A stretch of 62,612 bases of DNA, the filler included, from Collodictyon triciliatum (Eukaryota), in NCBI GenBank assembly GCA_043381765.1. It is 16 parts of 16 records of this genome, joined end to end, with 100 filler letters (N's around TTAATTAATTAA, not from the genome) between each part and the next. Parts side by side here need not be neighbours in the genome. Positions count along the whole stretch, not along the records: positions 1 to 3,931 come from JBHJMP010006690.1; positions 4,032 to 7,969 come from JBHJMP010006691.1; positions 8,070 to 12,004 come from JBHJMP010006692.1; positions 12,105 to 16,029 come from JBHJMP010006693.1; 12 more parts are not named here. One strand, given 5' to 3'. The first letter of the stretch is position 1; the number at the start of each line of letters is the position of its first letter. Made by a program: the position numbers and the translations under genes. Positions 1 through 12,459 of this stretch are shown here, piece after piece. The notes under the pieces are model-generated. The model searched no databases. It was not told where the DNA came from and was given only the letters and a program-made list of their open reading frames with translations.

Positions 1-216
1 TTTTTTTCTTTTCTCAATCCCGATGCGAAGCGCGGGTGCTCATTCCAGTCTATACAATAAAAACATGGCTTGCTTTAATGCGCTTAGATATAAACACAGG
101 AATTAGTCAATTGCACACTTTGAGTTTAGATATCAAGTTGGGTATATGATTATCACACATCCCGCTCCACCCGAGACGCTTCGGCTTACCTAATCGTCAA
201 TAACACCAGGTTGCAG

Positions 217-422
217 AAAACAGAGCAGAGTTGTCCAAGTACAAAGGTTTTCTCCCTTCACCAGACTCTTACGAGAGTATATTGGCCCGCTTGGATGAGG
301 CCGGAATCATCGATGGCGTGGTGGGGAAGCCGAACCAATCAGTCGACGGCTTGAGCATCGAGACACATAGGCGCATCGTGCAAGAGATGCGCGCTATCTT
401 CATGCAGACAGCTCCAAAATAA
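217..422 (+). CDS. Terminal exon of a DUF4392 / D-glutamate cyclase-like protein (5' part outside the contig)
   Basis: Acceptor ttgcag| at 216, then NRAELSKYKGFLPSPDSYESILARLDEAGIIDGVVGKPNQSVDGLSIETHRRIVQEMRAI...*. The LP...IL..L...G..DGV.G....SVDGL....H pattern matches the DUF4392/DGLUCY C-terminus as I recall it. Confidence 0.65.
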
Positions 423-731
423 ACTTCTCAGACAACCCCGCGTGTAAACTTTGCCACATACATACACACTCAAACGCTCATTTCTACTTCACTACATTCC
501 TTCATATAATTTTGAACTAAAAAACTATTACAATATTAATTTTTGCTTCTTTGAGTCTGTAAATTGACTGAGGGGATTAAAAGGGATATTAATGACCAAA
601 ACATGAATGGAAAGTCACAAAATATGGACAGCCATTTTTCTGTACATACTATCATGTTCCAGTACATGGATAGATATATATAATGTAAATACCCAGCAGT
701 GTGTTTCGCGGCTCCAGCGTTGCATCTTGGT

Positions 732-3689
732 TTATTGAGCGCCTCCGTACGAGCCGTAGTTGTATGAGGCTGAGTACGGGTATTGGCCTGTGGCTGTGGC
801 GGCCGGCACACCTGCGGCTGACTGTGCTCCGTAGTTGTAGCCGTAAGTGTATGGAGAGGTGGCCGCGTTGTAGCCTCCCCATGAAGGTGCGGCCGGAGTC
901 AGGACTGCGGTGGGCGTGACTGGAACTGCAGTTGGTGTGACCGGGACTGCGGGTTGAGGCGCGGCTATGCGGCTGTATTTGTGCGGCGTGTGTGTGGCGT
1001 CGTCTGCGGTGCGCTTGCGGCTCTCCTGTACGCGGGTGCGTTGCACTTGGCGGAGTTGGGACTTTGCTTTGCGGATGCTTGGGAGTGCATGGAAGTGGTT
1101 GAGTATTGTGTTTGTTTGTTTTCAAGTTGTCATGACTTTGTTAAAAAAAAAAAGATTGCTCTTCTTCAGTGTGATGTCCCTTTTAACTATTTTGGAATGT
1201 AATAGAATACTGTATTGGGTGGGTAAAAGAAAATAAAGGCGAGAAAGAATAATGTGGTGAAAGGTGGAGGCCCAATGCGTGCTCTTTTACGTACATTTCA
1301 ACGTCAGCATTCTTGTCATAGAAAAGATCAACTTGGTGGATGGCGAGGTCTTGCTTGTCCTTGATTGGTATAGTAATGCAAAGAGTGAGATGTGTGAGCA
1401 ATGTGCGATAGAGACTGCATATATACACACAGTTGCATGACAAAATAATCGGAATGAAATGAAAGAATATGTACCGTTGAGTGAAATGAATAGGTGCATA
1501 CCTGGTTAGAAAGTTTAGATTCGTCAGCAAGCGCACGTGCATACAGAGCAGAAGCACGCGAGATAGCTTCCGAGCCGCCTACGTTGAATTCCATAGTATG
1601 TCAACCAGAGAACGTGTGCTTTACCAACATAACGGACATGATGATATAGGACGTGTTGGATGGGGGGAAAAATATCGAGTATACAAAATGTGAATTGTGG
1701 CAAGTTAGTACCATATGCAATCTCATAGTTGACGTAGCCGATCCAAAAGGCTTTCGAGTCTCCAGAATTATCAATTGAGTCAACAAACAAAGCGCGACCT
1801 CCTTCGATGTCACCATTTTTCTGTAGTTGGCGATAGTGAGGTCGAGCTTTGTCGTATATTTGGGACGATATGTAGATTTCATAAAGTTGCTCTCAAAATC
1901 TGAGTTTACTTACTGCGAGGTTATTTGCAAGTTGGATGTAAAGATATGCTTGATATTTAACGTCAGCAGTCTCATGAATCTTCTTCAAAATTTCCACGGC
2001 TTTCTCACCCTTCGAATGGCGGCTGAAGAAAGCAGCAGCTTTGACAACAGTCTCGATATGAGAGGAAGCTGTTGCGGTTCCGACTTATTGCATCATAAAT
2101 TAGATTTCGAAGTATTTATTGTGTGTGCTCATTGAGTATCAAAATATTTTGCATTCAATGTCCATTGATTGAATCAATTGTAACGTGGTAGTTCACGAAT
2201 ATATGAGTGAAATAAAAGAAAAATCAAACATGCAATGGAAAAGCATACCAAATTGAGAAAGTAGATTATCGAAGGCTTTTGTAGCTTCCTCGATTTGCCC
2301 TTGCTGTTCCAGGAGCTCGGCTAGCTCAAGATGCAATTCAGGCCTATCATTTGTACGATTATTAAAACATTTCGCATGACTGAGCCAATCTGGGTTTATA
2401 ATGAAACCATCCACTATGAAATAGTTGTATAAGACATATATAAATAATGAAACTTGGAAATCGTGTTAGATGTTTACTCACTTGTCTTTGTTATATACAG
2501 TAGCACCATTACGCAGAATTGTAATGGCAAGGTCGACTTCGTTGTTCTCCTCGGCATAGTTAGCGTAGCGGACCCAGTACTCTGCGTAGTTACACTAATA
2601 GTTGACAGGTAAGACTGAGTTGTCACGCACTTAATTAAAATAGAACAAGGAAAAATCTTTAATCCTGGAATAGTGTGCAGGAAATCGGTAATTAGTAACT
2701 AACGCATGCAATAAGGCATCTTTCAAAGAGCTTCTTTGCTGTTTGGTAGGTCCCCTCCTCAGTTTCAAAATCTAGGTACGCCCTCCAATTGGAAAGCTGA
2801 GCATCGTCAAGCGGTCGGTTATGGAGAAGGCTTCGCTTGATCTACATAAAATACGGATTACGGATTCACAATTTAAGCTGTAGACATATTTTTTTTTAGA
2901 AAACACACATTTATCGCACATATCCCATGACTAAATATACTTACTCCGCTTTCAAATGAGCGTCTCTTGCCAGCCTTTTCAGTTGAGGCGAGGTAGTGCG
3001 GCTCGATACCTAGATAGTTAATGAATAAATGAGTTGGTTGGTTGGTTGGTTGGTTGTCTTCATTTGCTTTTCATAGGTTGAGAACTACTCTGGATTAGTA
3101 AATTAGGGCGACTTGGAACTTATCTTACCAGAAATGTATGCTTGCTTGTAGTCAGCATCTGTTACTTCTACAAGAGTAGAATGTAAGGGTGCAAGTTTAT
3201 GAAAAATGTTTGTAAATGATAGGCTTACTGAGGCTTATTTAGAACATTCGCAATATACTGAATTGGATCGAATAACGAATTATTTCTATTCATATTTACC
3301 AGATTTTCCTTCAGTACTGAATTTTGCGGCAATGGCTTCAGCTTCTTGGGTAGACATAACTTGAGTGTATGCTTTTGCGTTGACAAACTGTTTGAACCTA
3401 TGAAAAAAATATTAGAATAACGTCCGTGATTCAATTGATATCATGTATGCATGATTCTGTTCAAAGTTGTAATGGAGTTTTTAGACTTGTTGGTATATGC
3501 TTATCAATATTGGAATTTTACTTCTCCCAGTACGAATTCAGCATGTGGATGGGGGTAGAAAGAATCACTTTGTAAATGCGGGTCACATGGGTAAAAGCCT
3601 CTTGTGAAATCTCGAAATCGATAAATTTGTCCCAAAAAGTGTGAGAGTTCCAGTCAGAGCCAACGATTGCTGCTGCTCGTTCATAAACC
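732..3689 (-). CDS. PRPF39: Pre-mRNA-processing factor 39 (U1 snRNP HAT-repeat protein), multi-exon, 5' truncated
   Basis: Exons translate to VYERAAAIVGSDWNSHTFWDKFIDFE, IKRSLLHNRPLDDAQLSNWRAYLDFE...LFERCLIAC, NYAEYWVRYA, RPELHLELAELLEQQGQIEEA and DSKAFWIGYVNYE, with a Tyr/Gly/Ala-rich tail ending at TAA 732-734. Confidence 0.9.
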
Positions 3690-3931
3690 CTGAGGAATAC
3701 AAAACGGAATGATAATTAGTGATAGGTTCTAACATATGCCTAACAGCCATTCGTTAGTATCATCGAGGTTGATTTTCTGTGAGTAGGTTGTTTTCTTCAA
3801 TACAAATATTGTTAAGGAATGGTCGAACTTTTGAAGTTAAATATCAGAACTATATTTTAAGAGTCCTTCAGGTGTTAAAGTATCGTGAGGAGTAATTCAT
3901 CCTAAGAATCTGTACCAAGTAGGTCAAAGAA

Positions 3932-4031
3932 NNNNNNNNNNNNNNNNNNNNNNNNNNNNNNNNNNNNNNNNNNNNTTAATTAATTAANNNNNNNNNNNNN
4001 NNNNNNNNNNNNNNNNNNNNNNNNNNNNNNN
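3932..4031. other. Artificial contig-joining spacer (44N-TTAATTAATTAA-44N); 15 copies in the window
   Basis: Identical six-frame-stop 12-mer at 3976, 8014, 12049, 16074, 20111, 24142, 28170, 32198, 36223, 40248, 44273, 48296, 52319, 56340 and 60365, separating ~3.92-3.94 kb contigs. The N run at 61939-62030 lacks the 12-mer and looks like an ordinary scaffold gap. Confidence 0.98.
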
Positions 4032-4235
4032 ATCTTTTATATCTTTTTATATCTTTTTATATCTTTTTATATCTTTTTATATCTTTTTATATCTTTTTAT
4101 ATCTTTTTATATCTTTTTATATCTTTTTATATCTTTTTATATCTTTTTATATCTTTTTATATCTTTTTATATCTTTTTATATCTTTTTATATCTTTTTAT
4201 ATCTTTTTATATCTTTTTATATCTTTTTATATCTT
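4032..4235. repeat. Minisatellite (ATCTTTTTAT)n
   Basis: About 20 perfect 10-bp units at the contig end. Confidence 0.97.
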
Positions 4236-4328
4236 TTCTCTTTTATGTCCGTTTATCGGTCATATGATTAGCTCGGCATCGTGAGGTAACTTTTGGAAAA
4301 GTATCCTCTTCTTACACATGATACTGAC

Positions 4329-7318
4329 CTGTTTGAAAATCTGCTGATTGAAAAATTGCTGCAAAATCTCGTTGGCATAATTGATACATAATTGCTCATA
4401 GCCATTTCTCTAGTAACGCCAATAAAAAAAAATGTAAGCATTACATCCACAGATAAAGTTAACTTCACATTCATCTATCTTAAATGGATGAACTACCTGA
4501 AAATATTCGAATCCATAAATATCTAAGACACCGATAAAAAATGGAGATTCTTCTGTGCCTTTCAGACTTATATTAATCCTCCGAACTATGTCGTCAAAGA
4601 GCCCCGAATAAATTGCTTTTGCTAGAGCGTCCCTAGAATACGCTGCCTTTTGTAGAATTTGTCAAAGAGAAATTCTGTTTGAATCATTACTGATATACGA
4701 AAAATAACCAGAATTTTAGATGAAATATACAGCTGATCTTCTGCACCACAGAACCTTAAAAGGTACGTAACGAACTGGAGACCTGAAAATCATCGACAAT
4801 AAAGAAGAAAAAATACCTTATCTGCTGTTAAATTACTGATAATAGGATTGGCGTCTCGACCTCCCGGGTTGATTATTTTTGTTGTCATTTTCTTTTCCAA
4901 CAAGTCTGCGTTGCATCCGAATAACTCTGATACAATCGAAAGAACTAGACGGAGAAGTAAACTAATTAACATATGGTTTTATTGGCTAATGAACAAAAGC
5001 CAAAAACCTCCACCATTTGTGCACAAACTGAAAGGGAGAATAGAAAAAGGATATTGTTTTACTAGTGCTTTCCTTGTGAATAAGTTGAATTTTTGTTGAT
5101 GAAAAATCATATCAATTTATGACTTGGACGATTCTAAGATAAAAAGTAATAAAAAAAATACCGGGAGAAGAAGAAACAGTTAAGAGGAGAGAAAAAAATA
5201 TGAATATACGCTGTTGTTTTTGTTGTTTTTTTTTTTATAAAAAAAAAAAAACGAAATAGATTTAGATATACCCTCAATATTTTCTATTCGACAAGCATCA
5301 GACCTATTCGAGGAAGAAAATTTTATATTTCCTAGATGCAGTATTCCAGATAAAATCTTCATAATCGAAATTTGATCGTCTTCGCTGATTCCAATTATCG
5401 TCATGCATTCCTAATATGTATTGAAATTGAGACGCGGTGTTATAATTAAAGAAAGATGAAAGAAATGCTGAACATTAATGAGTTTTTTTCTCCATGATTC
5501 TTTTGACGTTATTTTGTGATCTAAGAAATAAAAAAGACTATTTTTTTTCCCTTTTGGTTTTAAATGAAAGATTGTACATGCAAACAGTATTTAATATGTT
5601 GGTCATACTCTAACTCTTTGGAAAAGATTTGAATCTGGGACTCCTGGTATTTCGAAACATCCACTTTGATTCAAATAATTATAATATGATATATCTTGCA
5701 GATGCAGTAATGCTGTTGCGTTGTATATGTAGTCATTAAATTACTGTATGAAATGTCAAAAGTCTTAAGGTCATATATGAACTCCAAAATAAAGTTGCTT
5801 TTCATTCTTGAGAGAAAATGATGAATTTCGGCCATCCAGAGCCAACTTTACATTTCTCCTTTTCTGTAGCTCCTCTTACAAGTTGGTAAAAAATGTGGTA
5901 ATTTCGTTCTCCAGCAGTTTGGGATACAATTCGGGACTGTTGTAATTGTTTCCAGGAGTTGAATTAATTACTTCGCTTTTATTGATTTCATGTATTGATA
6001 TGATTACTGATATATTATTCTATAATAAAATCTAAAAGTCTAATTTTGGAAAGTGATGAAGATTGATTTTTAATGGAAAAATAGAAAAGAAAAATTTGGT
6101 TACTACAATGATACGTGGGTAGCCTCAAACCTTTTCTAACAAATCTAAGAATTAAACAGTTACTTATCATGGGAAAACATTGATGGTTTGGTATTTTTCT
6201 CTTCAATTGGGTAAGTATTGATATATTACACGTTGCGATTGTAGCTCCACTGACATGGTATTGTTTGTTAAACATAATTTTGGTGAATTTTCCCTTAACA
6301 GAAAGGATGAAAATACCATGTATGTGTTAATGGAAATTATATCATATCATCAATGTTCCTAACTTTATTCAATTATTTATTGAAAATTGAATTGGGATAC
6401 ATGTTTCCAAATTTATCACAATGATGAAAGCAATGCCATATAAAGGTGAGGTAGAATTCTTATTCATGTGAGCAATCCAAAACTTACAAATCTACTGGAA
6501 TTATTATTCCTTAGTGTCTTTGCATTCCCAAAAGCCTCTAAAATTGGATTGGCATCCAAAACCTTTTGTTCCAATAAGCCCACCCCTGACCGACCTCCGA
6601 CTGCAGCCAAGTATTTCATCACTATTTTGCTTGTTTCGGTTTTTCCAGCACCACTCTCACCGCTATGACAATGAATAGTGGCAAATAAACAGAAATGATG
6701 AGTGAAGGAAGGAAAGAGCAGAAAATTTTTAACAAAGTAAATGGGGAAAAAACAAGATATTAGCCAAGCTTGTGGCGTTTTTTACTTTCTCATCAGACCT
6801 CATTCAAGGTGGTAATATGTATATATGGAAGGGAAAGGAGGAAATGTGTAAGTCTATCTTAATTTTTTTATAATATTATCTTAATTTTAATTTTTAAAAA
6901 AAACCTGACTATGATGGCTTGACTTCTTTTTTCTTTAATTGAGGCGGTATGAAAAATTGAATGGAAGGTTAAATTTTGGTCTTGTAAAATCAACTATAGA
7001 CCTCCATAGCGAGTATGGAGTTGATTCATAAGAATAAAACTCCAGGATTGTCAATATGGTTAAACTTTGGTTTCATTACCATACCAGCTTTCATTAATCG
7101 ATATGCCCGATCGCAGCATGCAAATACATGAGGAGGTAGAACCCCGATGGATTTTCCTTGGTATCGTCGAATCTCTTCCTCTCCATACAAAGGGAGCGAT
7201 TGAAATGGATTGACAGCTATCAAAATGTATGCTGTATATGTCTACAGATAAATATTACTAAGAAGTGAAAAATGTGGTCTTACTACAAATTGTCTATTCT
7301 GACTAAGTGTATGTCGTA

Positions 7319-7369
<51 letters not shown>

Positions 7370-7735
7370 TATCATTATATTTCAATTAATGACGTTGAAG
7401 GTAGCATTAATATCGGGAAATGGTGAGTTAGTTGCATGTCACCAGGAGATATGAAAAATATCACCAACTTTCGATGGATTAGATTGAGAGAAGTATGAAA
7501 ATAGTGTACTTATTGGGATATGGAAAGAGAGAATAGTAGGAGGGTTCCAAGAATTGGGCCAAAAATATAAAAGGGTATTACGAACACTTACATAAATCTG
7601 ATCCTTTGAAAATCGGAAATGAATGTTATGAAGCAAACTGGGTTCGTGCAGGTACATCAATTGTGTGTTATCCTCCACTCCATCTTGGTTGGGTGGGTTG
7701 ACTGGATAGCAATGGGCTTTCGGTATAGCCACACC
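4329..7735 (-). CDS. Unconventional myosin heavy chain, motor domain (internal fragment, ~12 exons)
   Basis: [33 protein letters not shown]-loop [10 protein letters not shown], switch [49 protein letters not shown], switch [26 protein letters not shown]. All introns GT-AG. Confidence 0.96.
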
Positions 7736-7870
7736 CTGGGAAAAAATGACATTGAGAATTATAAACTCTTCATGTAGGCCAATTGGTATTGGTTTCTTTT
7801 CAATTGGTCGTTCAGAAGAAGTAAAAACAGAGCCGAGGAAACTGCATTCACTCCCAAGGATACAACCTTG

Positions 7871-7911
<41 letters not shown>

Positions 7912-8162
7912 GATAATGATAATGATAATGATAATGATAATGATAATGATAATGATAATGATAATGATANNNNNNNNNNNNNNNNNNNNNNNNNNNNNNN
8001 NNNNNNNNNNNNNTTAATTAATTAANNNNNNNNNNNNNNNNNNNNNNNNNNNNNNNNNNNNNNNNNNNNATGTATGTATGTATGTATGTATGTATGTATG
8101 TATGTATGTATGTATGTATGTATGTATGTATGTATGTATGTATGTATGTATGTATGTATGTA
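7871..8162. repeat. Contig-end microsatellites (ATAATG)n and (TATG)n on either side of a spacer
   Basis: (ATAATG)n at 7871-7969 and (TATG)n at 8070-8162. Confidence 0.95.
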
Positions 8163-9079
8163 TATGATGCAACTACTAATTCAAAAATAAATTCAAGTAC
8201 ATTTCTTCGGCTTCTGCAAAATAAATCTTGTTATATTCTTACCGATACAATCAAAAAAATTGTTGCAGAATGCATGAAAGTTGATCAACTTCATAACTTT
8301 AAATATATTGAATTCCATATATATTACCATGTCGATCAAATAGGTTTTTAAGTTGGACAAAGTGAACGTATAAAAAGAATGAGATAGTAAGCATCAATAA
8401 TAGAAGAGATTGCCTGCTTTTTTACCACGCAGATTTAATCATCCTCTTTCATCAGCGATGGTGCGTAGGCGTGTGGACTATATAATGTCTTGGGCTAAAT
8501 CCATTAAAGATGAATTTAATAAAATCTTTGAATTGAGTTAAGGTAAAAAAAAGTGACTTTTATAAAACGATATTCTATGCTAAATAAGATCAATTAAGAA
8601 ACCTCTATTTTTTAGTATGGTAGGCTGATGGTTGGATATTCATTTATTACCTAGCATGGTCAAATTAATGGCTTCATCTATATTAGATGTAGTCATAGAA
8701 TTCGAATATTTCCTCTACTTTGCTCAGAGCTCAAATATTTTCTCTGCTCTGTTGGCAGTGTGTAGCTTAGGTATTGAGTTTATATTGACGTACACGAATG
8801 AAAAAAATCAAGAATTGTATTTTGGCGTGGCCTCTTGTTGATCAAACTCAACAATTGAAATAAAAAATCATTTAATTATATTGAATATTAAAATAACTCA
8901 TCAGTGACCGAGACAAAACGAATAATAAAAAAATTCAGTGTCTAGTCCTCATACCATCTTCCTGAAACAATATTTCGATAGCTATACCGCTAAACTAAGA
9001 AACAATCAAACAATAGATCTTAAGAATAGTAAGAGTGCTGATACATAATGAGGCAAAGCATCAAACAATTTCTTCGCCA

Positions 9080-10064
9080 TTGGTACGCGAATCCCAAGAA
9101 AAAAAAGTACAGATTTCATAACAAAGGGGAAGATAAATCAGATCAAAAGAACTAACCTGAAAATAGAGACGTAAAATCTTAAAAAAGATGTATCTGAAGT
9201 CTTTGTCTATGGAAAATCCATCTAAGTGCATATTATATGAGCAGCACAGCAACCGGAGACCCAACTGCCGCCACATACCCCTGAGTAAGCATCAAAAACT
9301 GAATGAGATGGGAACATGTGCTACTCCTGACTGTGGTTAATATTATTTTCCCCCTTTTTTTTGATCTAAGGGAAAGAAGGGGTTTTAGATTATTTTTTTT
9401 AAAAGTCCGACGTAATTGCTTGCGCCTTGGTTGAAAGCAGTGACGCGTGTCGGATAAGGGTGCAAGCTAGCGGGGTACAGAAGTTGGATTCATGGCTCGT
9501 CACTATGCACTCGAGAGGATTGAGACTGTGGTTAATACTATGATAATATATTGCCTCGAGCTTTGATGACAACAGAAATCCACAAAAAGATATAGAAGTT
9601 CTGATAACAAGGATGCGTGGCCAGCAATTTGCTTCCACAGGAAGCCTATGCGACCCGTACGACCCAAACTTCCTTGCTTGCGATGATCGTAATAAGAAGA
9701 GCCCTATCAACCTTCACAGGACAGAGGAATAATTGAAATACATCATTATTTGGATATGTAAACGAGTTTTCAGGAAAGTCTTGATCTTTTGTTGGTAAGC
9801 ACCACATAATCCGGGGATAATACAAGGCAAAGATGAAGCAAATCAAAAAAGTTTTGCTGAAAAGATTTGTTCTTGACAGTACTTGTGTCTTTTATTTACT
9901 CTAGTTTTGGCCTGCGTTTGATAGGGTGCCCCGCTCTCGATCATTTCTTTTGGCCTTCCAACGAAAGGAAAGGACTATGTTTTTCTCTATGGTTTTTTGG
10001 TTTGCTTGGTCTTGTGTGTTGATCAGTATATATTTTTTTTTGAATAGCTTTGTGTTTTAGTTTT

Positions 10065-10104
<40 letters not shown>

Positions 10105-11995
10105 AAAGGAATAAAAAAAAAAAAAGGAATGGTGGTCCTCACGAAAGGGATTCCATAGCTTTGTTACGCTGGTGTTTGGTATTGATATTTCTTGCAAGAC
10201 CGATGTGCCATGTTTGAAGATTTATACTGAAGGAAATGGTGCAGATGCGTTCATATGTGGTGTTCATCGTATCTGAAGTTTCTCAAACCGTGTTTCGAAA
10301 GAGTTGGTCGGAGATTACAAGGCGGAGACGTTGGTAGAAATAGTTCGTTTTTTTTCTAATGAATTTTGGTTGTATGGGGGATATGCAATGAAAATCAAAG
10401 GGGAAAATTGTGGACAGGAATAAAAAAAAAAAAGCGAAAAAAAGTGGGACTTGTGTTCCGATTATCTGAATCAGCATCGCAACTGCCTTGCGAATGGATG
10501 ACCAGGAATAAAACTGATAGCAAATATTTCAACTGATTCTCGTTGCTTCAATTACATTACCCAACAAGAAAAAACATTTCATTTATTTTTGGTGCATAAA
10601 GATTATGTGAAAGGGATGAATTGGAACCGATGATAGTAAAATGCTTGTCATTATAAGATTTATGACCCCCTCGATTTTAAACCCCCACATAAAATAAAAG
10701 CACATGAAAAAAACTGACGTACGCGTCAAAGGCCTATTGATTAATCTTATCAATTATGTCTTTTGTTTGAAAATGATGCAGATTATGTTTCAAAAGACAG
10801 TCATTCAACGCGCCTTGATACCTTTTACTGCATAACGTTACTTTCGAGAAGGACTGCAGGCACCTTTTCGGCATGAAATCAATATTGTAGTTTAATAGGT
10901 TGATAATTTGCTCTCTCTTTTATACTTTCTTTTCAATTTACTTGTTTGTTGATTGAAAACATCTTTGAAGGCAAATAAGGCATTCTCTCATTTATTTCCT
11001 TTGGTTTTATTTAAGAAAAGGTTGATGCTTAGTGCAGGCTTCAGTAAAGCAGGCTGCCTATCTAGCACCTTTTCTGATCCATTTTGGTGACTTCCGACAT
11101 CTAGATGCAAAGCCTTGTTTTGGTTTCTGGTTTACGTGTAATCTTAATCTTTTGTAATTATTAAAAAAAAAAAATGATGGATTTTTGATCTTGTTAAATT
11201 ATCAGCTGAAAAAGTAACAATATTTTCTTACTATTAGAAATCCTTTTTTGATGAAAATTACTCAAGTAACGGCCTTAAAGGTGAATGTGACTAACAGATA
11301 ATTGATAACACAGGCCTACCCTGCAAACGCAACTTGTGAAAGTCTCCAATCAAAAAGAAAAAGGTGTATATGCATCGAATGTTGTCTAAAAAAAATTATC
11401 TTTTATTTCTTTTCAACAGTTTATTGAGAGAAAACAAAGCCGAGGAAACCGCCTTCGCCTCTAGGACAGAAATGAGCTGTGGACAAGACAGTGGAAAACC
11501 CCGGATTGTGTGGTTGGAGATTTTGTGTTTTGGTGGAAAAAAGAAAAGGAAGAAAAAAAGAAGAAAATAGAGAGGAGAGAAGTGTTGTCATACACAGACT
11601 ATTCTACCCGAGGTGGTTCGGCTCCAACGCGATTTCTGGTTGTATTCAAGACTGACAGAAGAGCGGATAAAGTTGTCGGGTCAATAAAAGTACGCACATG
11701 GCAGTTACTTCTCAAATCGATTCTGACGAGTCCTTTCAACCATCTATCTCAGACAGGGTTTACATCCTATTTCATTCCATAGGATTGAGTCTTTTGAGGA
11801 GACAACGGGTCACTTTCCTTGCGTTTCTTGCTGGGCGACTGAGACAAAAAGCGATACATCACTGTTTGTCTGGAATTATCGGAAGTGGAGCTTGACCGTC
11901 CCCTGGTTTCGGAACCATGCGTAGCCGGCAGTGGACTTTGCTTAACTGAAGTATGGATACGCGTTTGTGGTTGTAGTAACATACGTTCCTACTTG
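9080..11995. repeat. Diverged copy of an unclassified multi-kb interspersed repeat family
   Basis: 9080-11260 aligns by eye, same orientation, with 42150-44045 (e.g. ttatttggatatgta, agttttgctgaa, tctcgatca). 11410-11995 is the close reverse complement of 44620-45205. Confidence 0.85.
9343..9523 (-). mobile_element. Short, apparently 5'-truncated retroposon (LINE/SINE 3' end) with target-site duplication
   Basis: Flanked by GACTGTGGTTAATA at 9329-9342 and 9524-9537; A-rich 3' end on the minus strand; homologous to 41945-42115(+), 34330-34500(-) and 44140-44228(-). The paralogous site at ~42351-42462 has the empty-site length. Confidence 0.7.
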
Positions 11996-12105
11996 CTCAG
12001 ACTGNNNNNNNNNNNNNNNNNNNNNNNNNNNNNNNNNNNNNNNNNNNNTTAATTAATTAANNNNNNNNNNNNNNNNNNNNNNNNNNNNNNNNNNNNNNNN
12101 NNNNT

Positions 12106-12203
<98 letters not shown>

Positions 12204-12459
12204 CTTCTTCCCTTCTTCCCTTCTTCCCTTCTTTCCCCCTTTCTTTCCCCCTTTCTTTCCCCCTTTCTTTCCCCCTTTCTTTCCCCCTTTCTTTCTTCCC
12301 TCTCTCTCTCTCTCTCTTTCTTTCTTTCTCTCTTTCCTTCGCCCTTGCGCTGAACGGCGGGCACGAACCGGACGGACTTTCGCGGGAGCAGCGAACGCCG
12401 CAGACGGCGAGAATCCGAGAGCAAGAGCAAGAGCAAGAGCGGGCCTCTGCATCGGAGGA

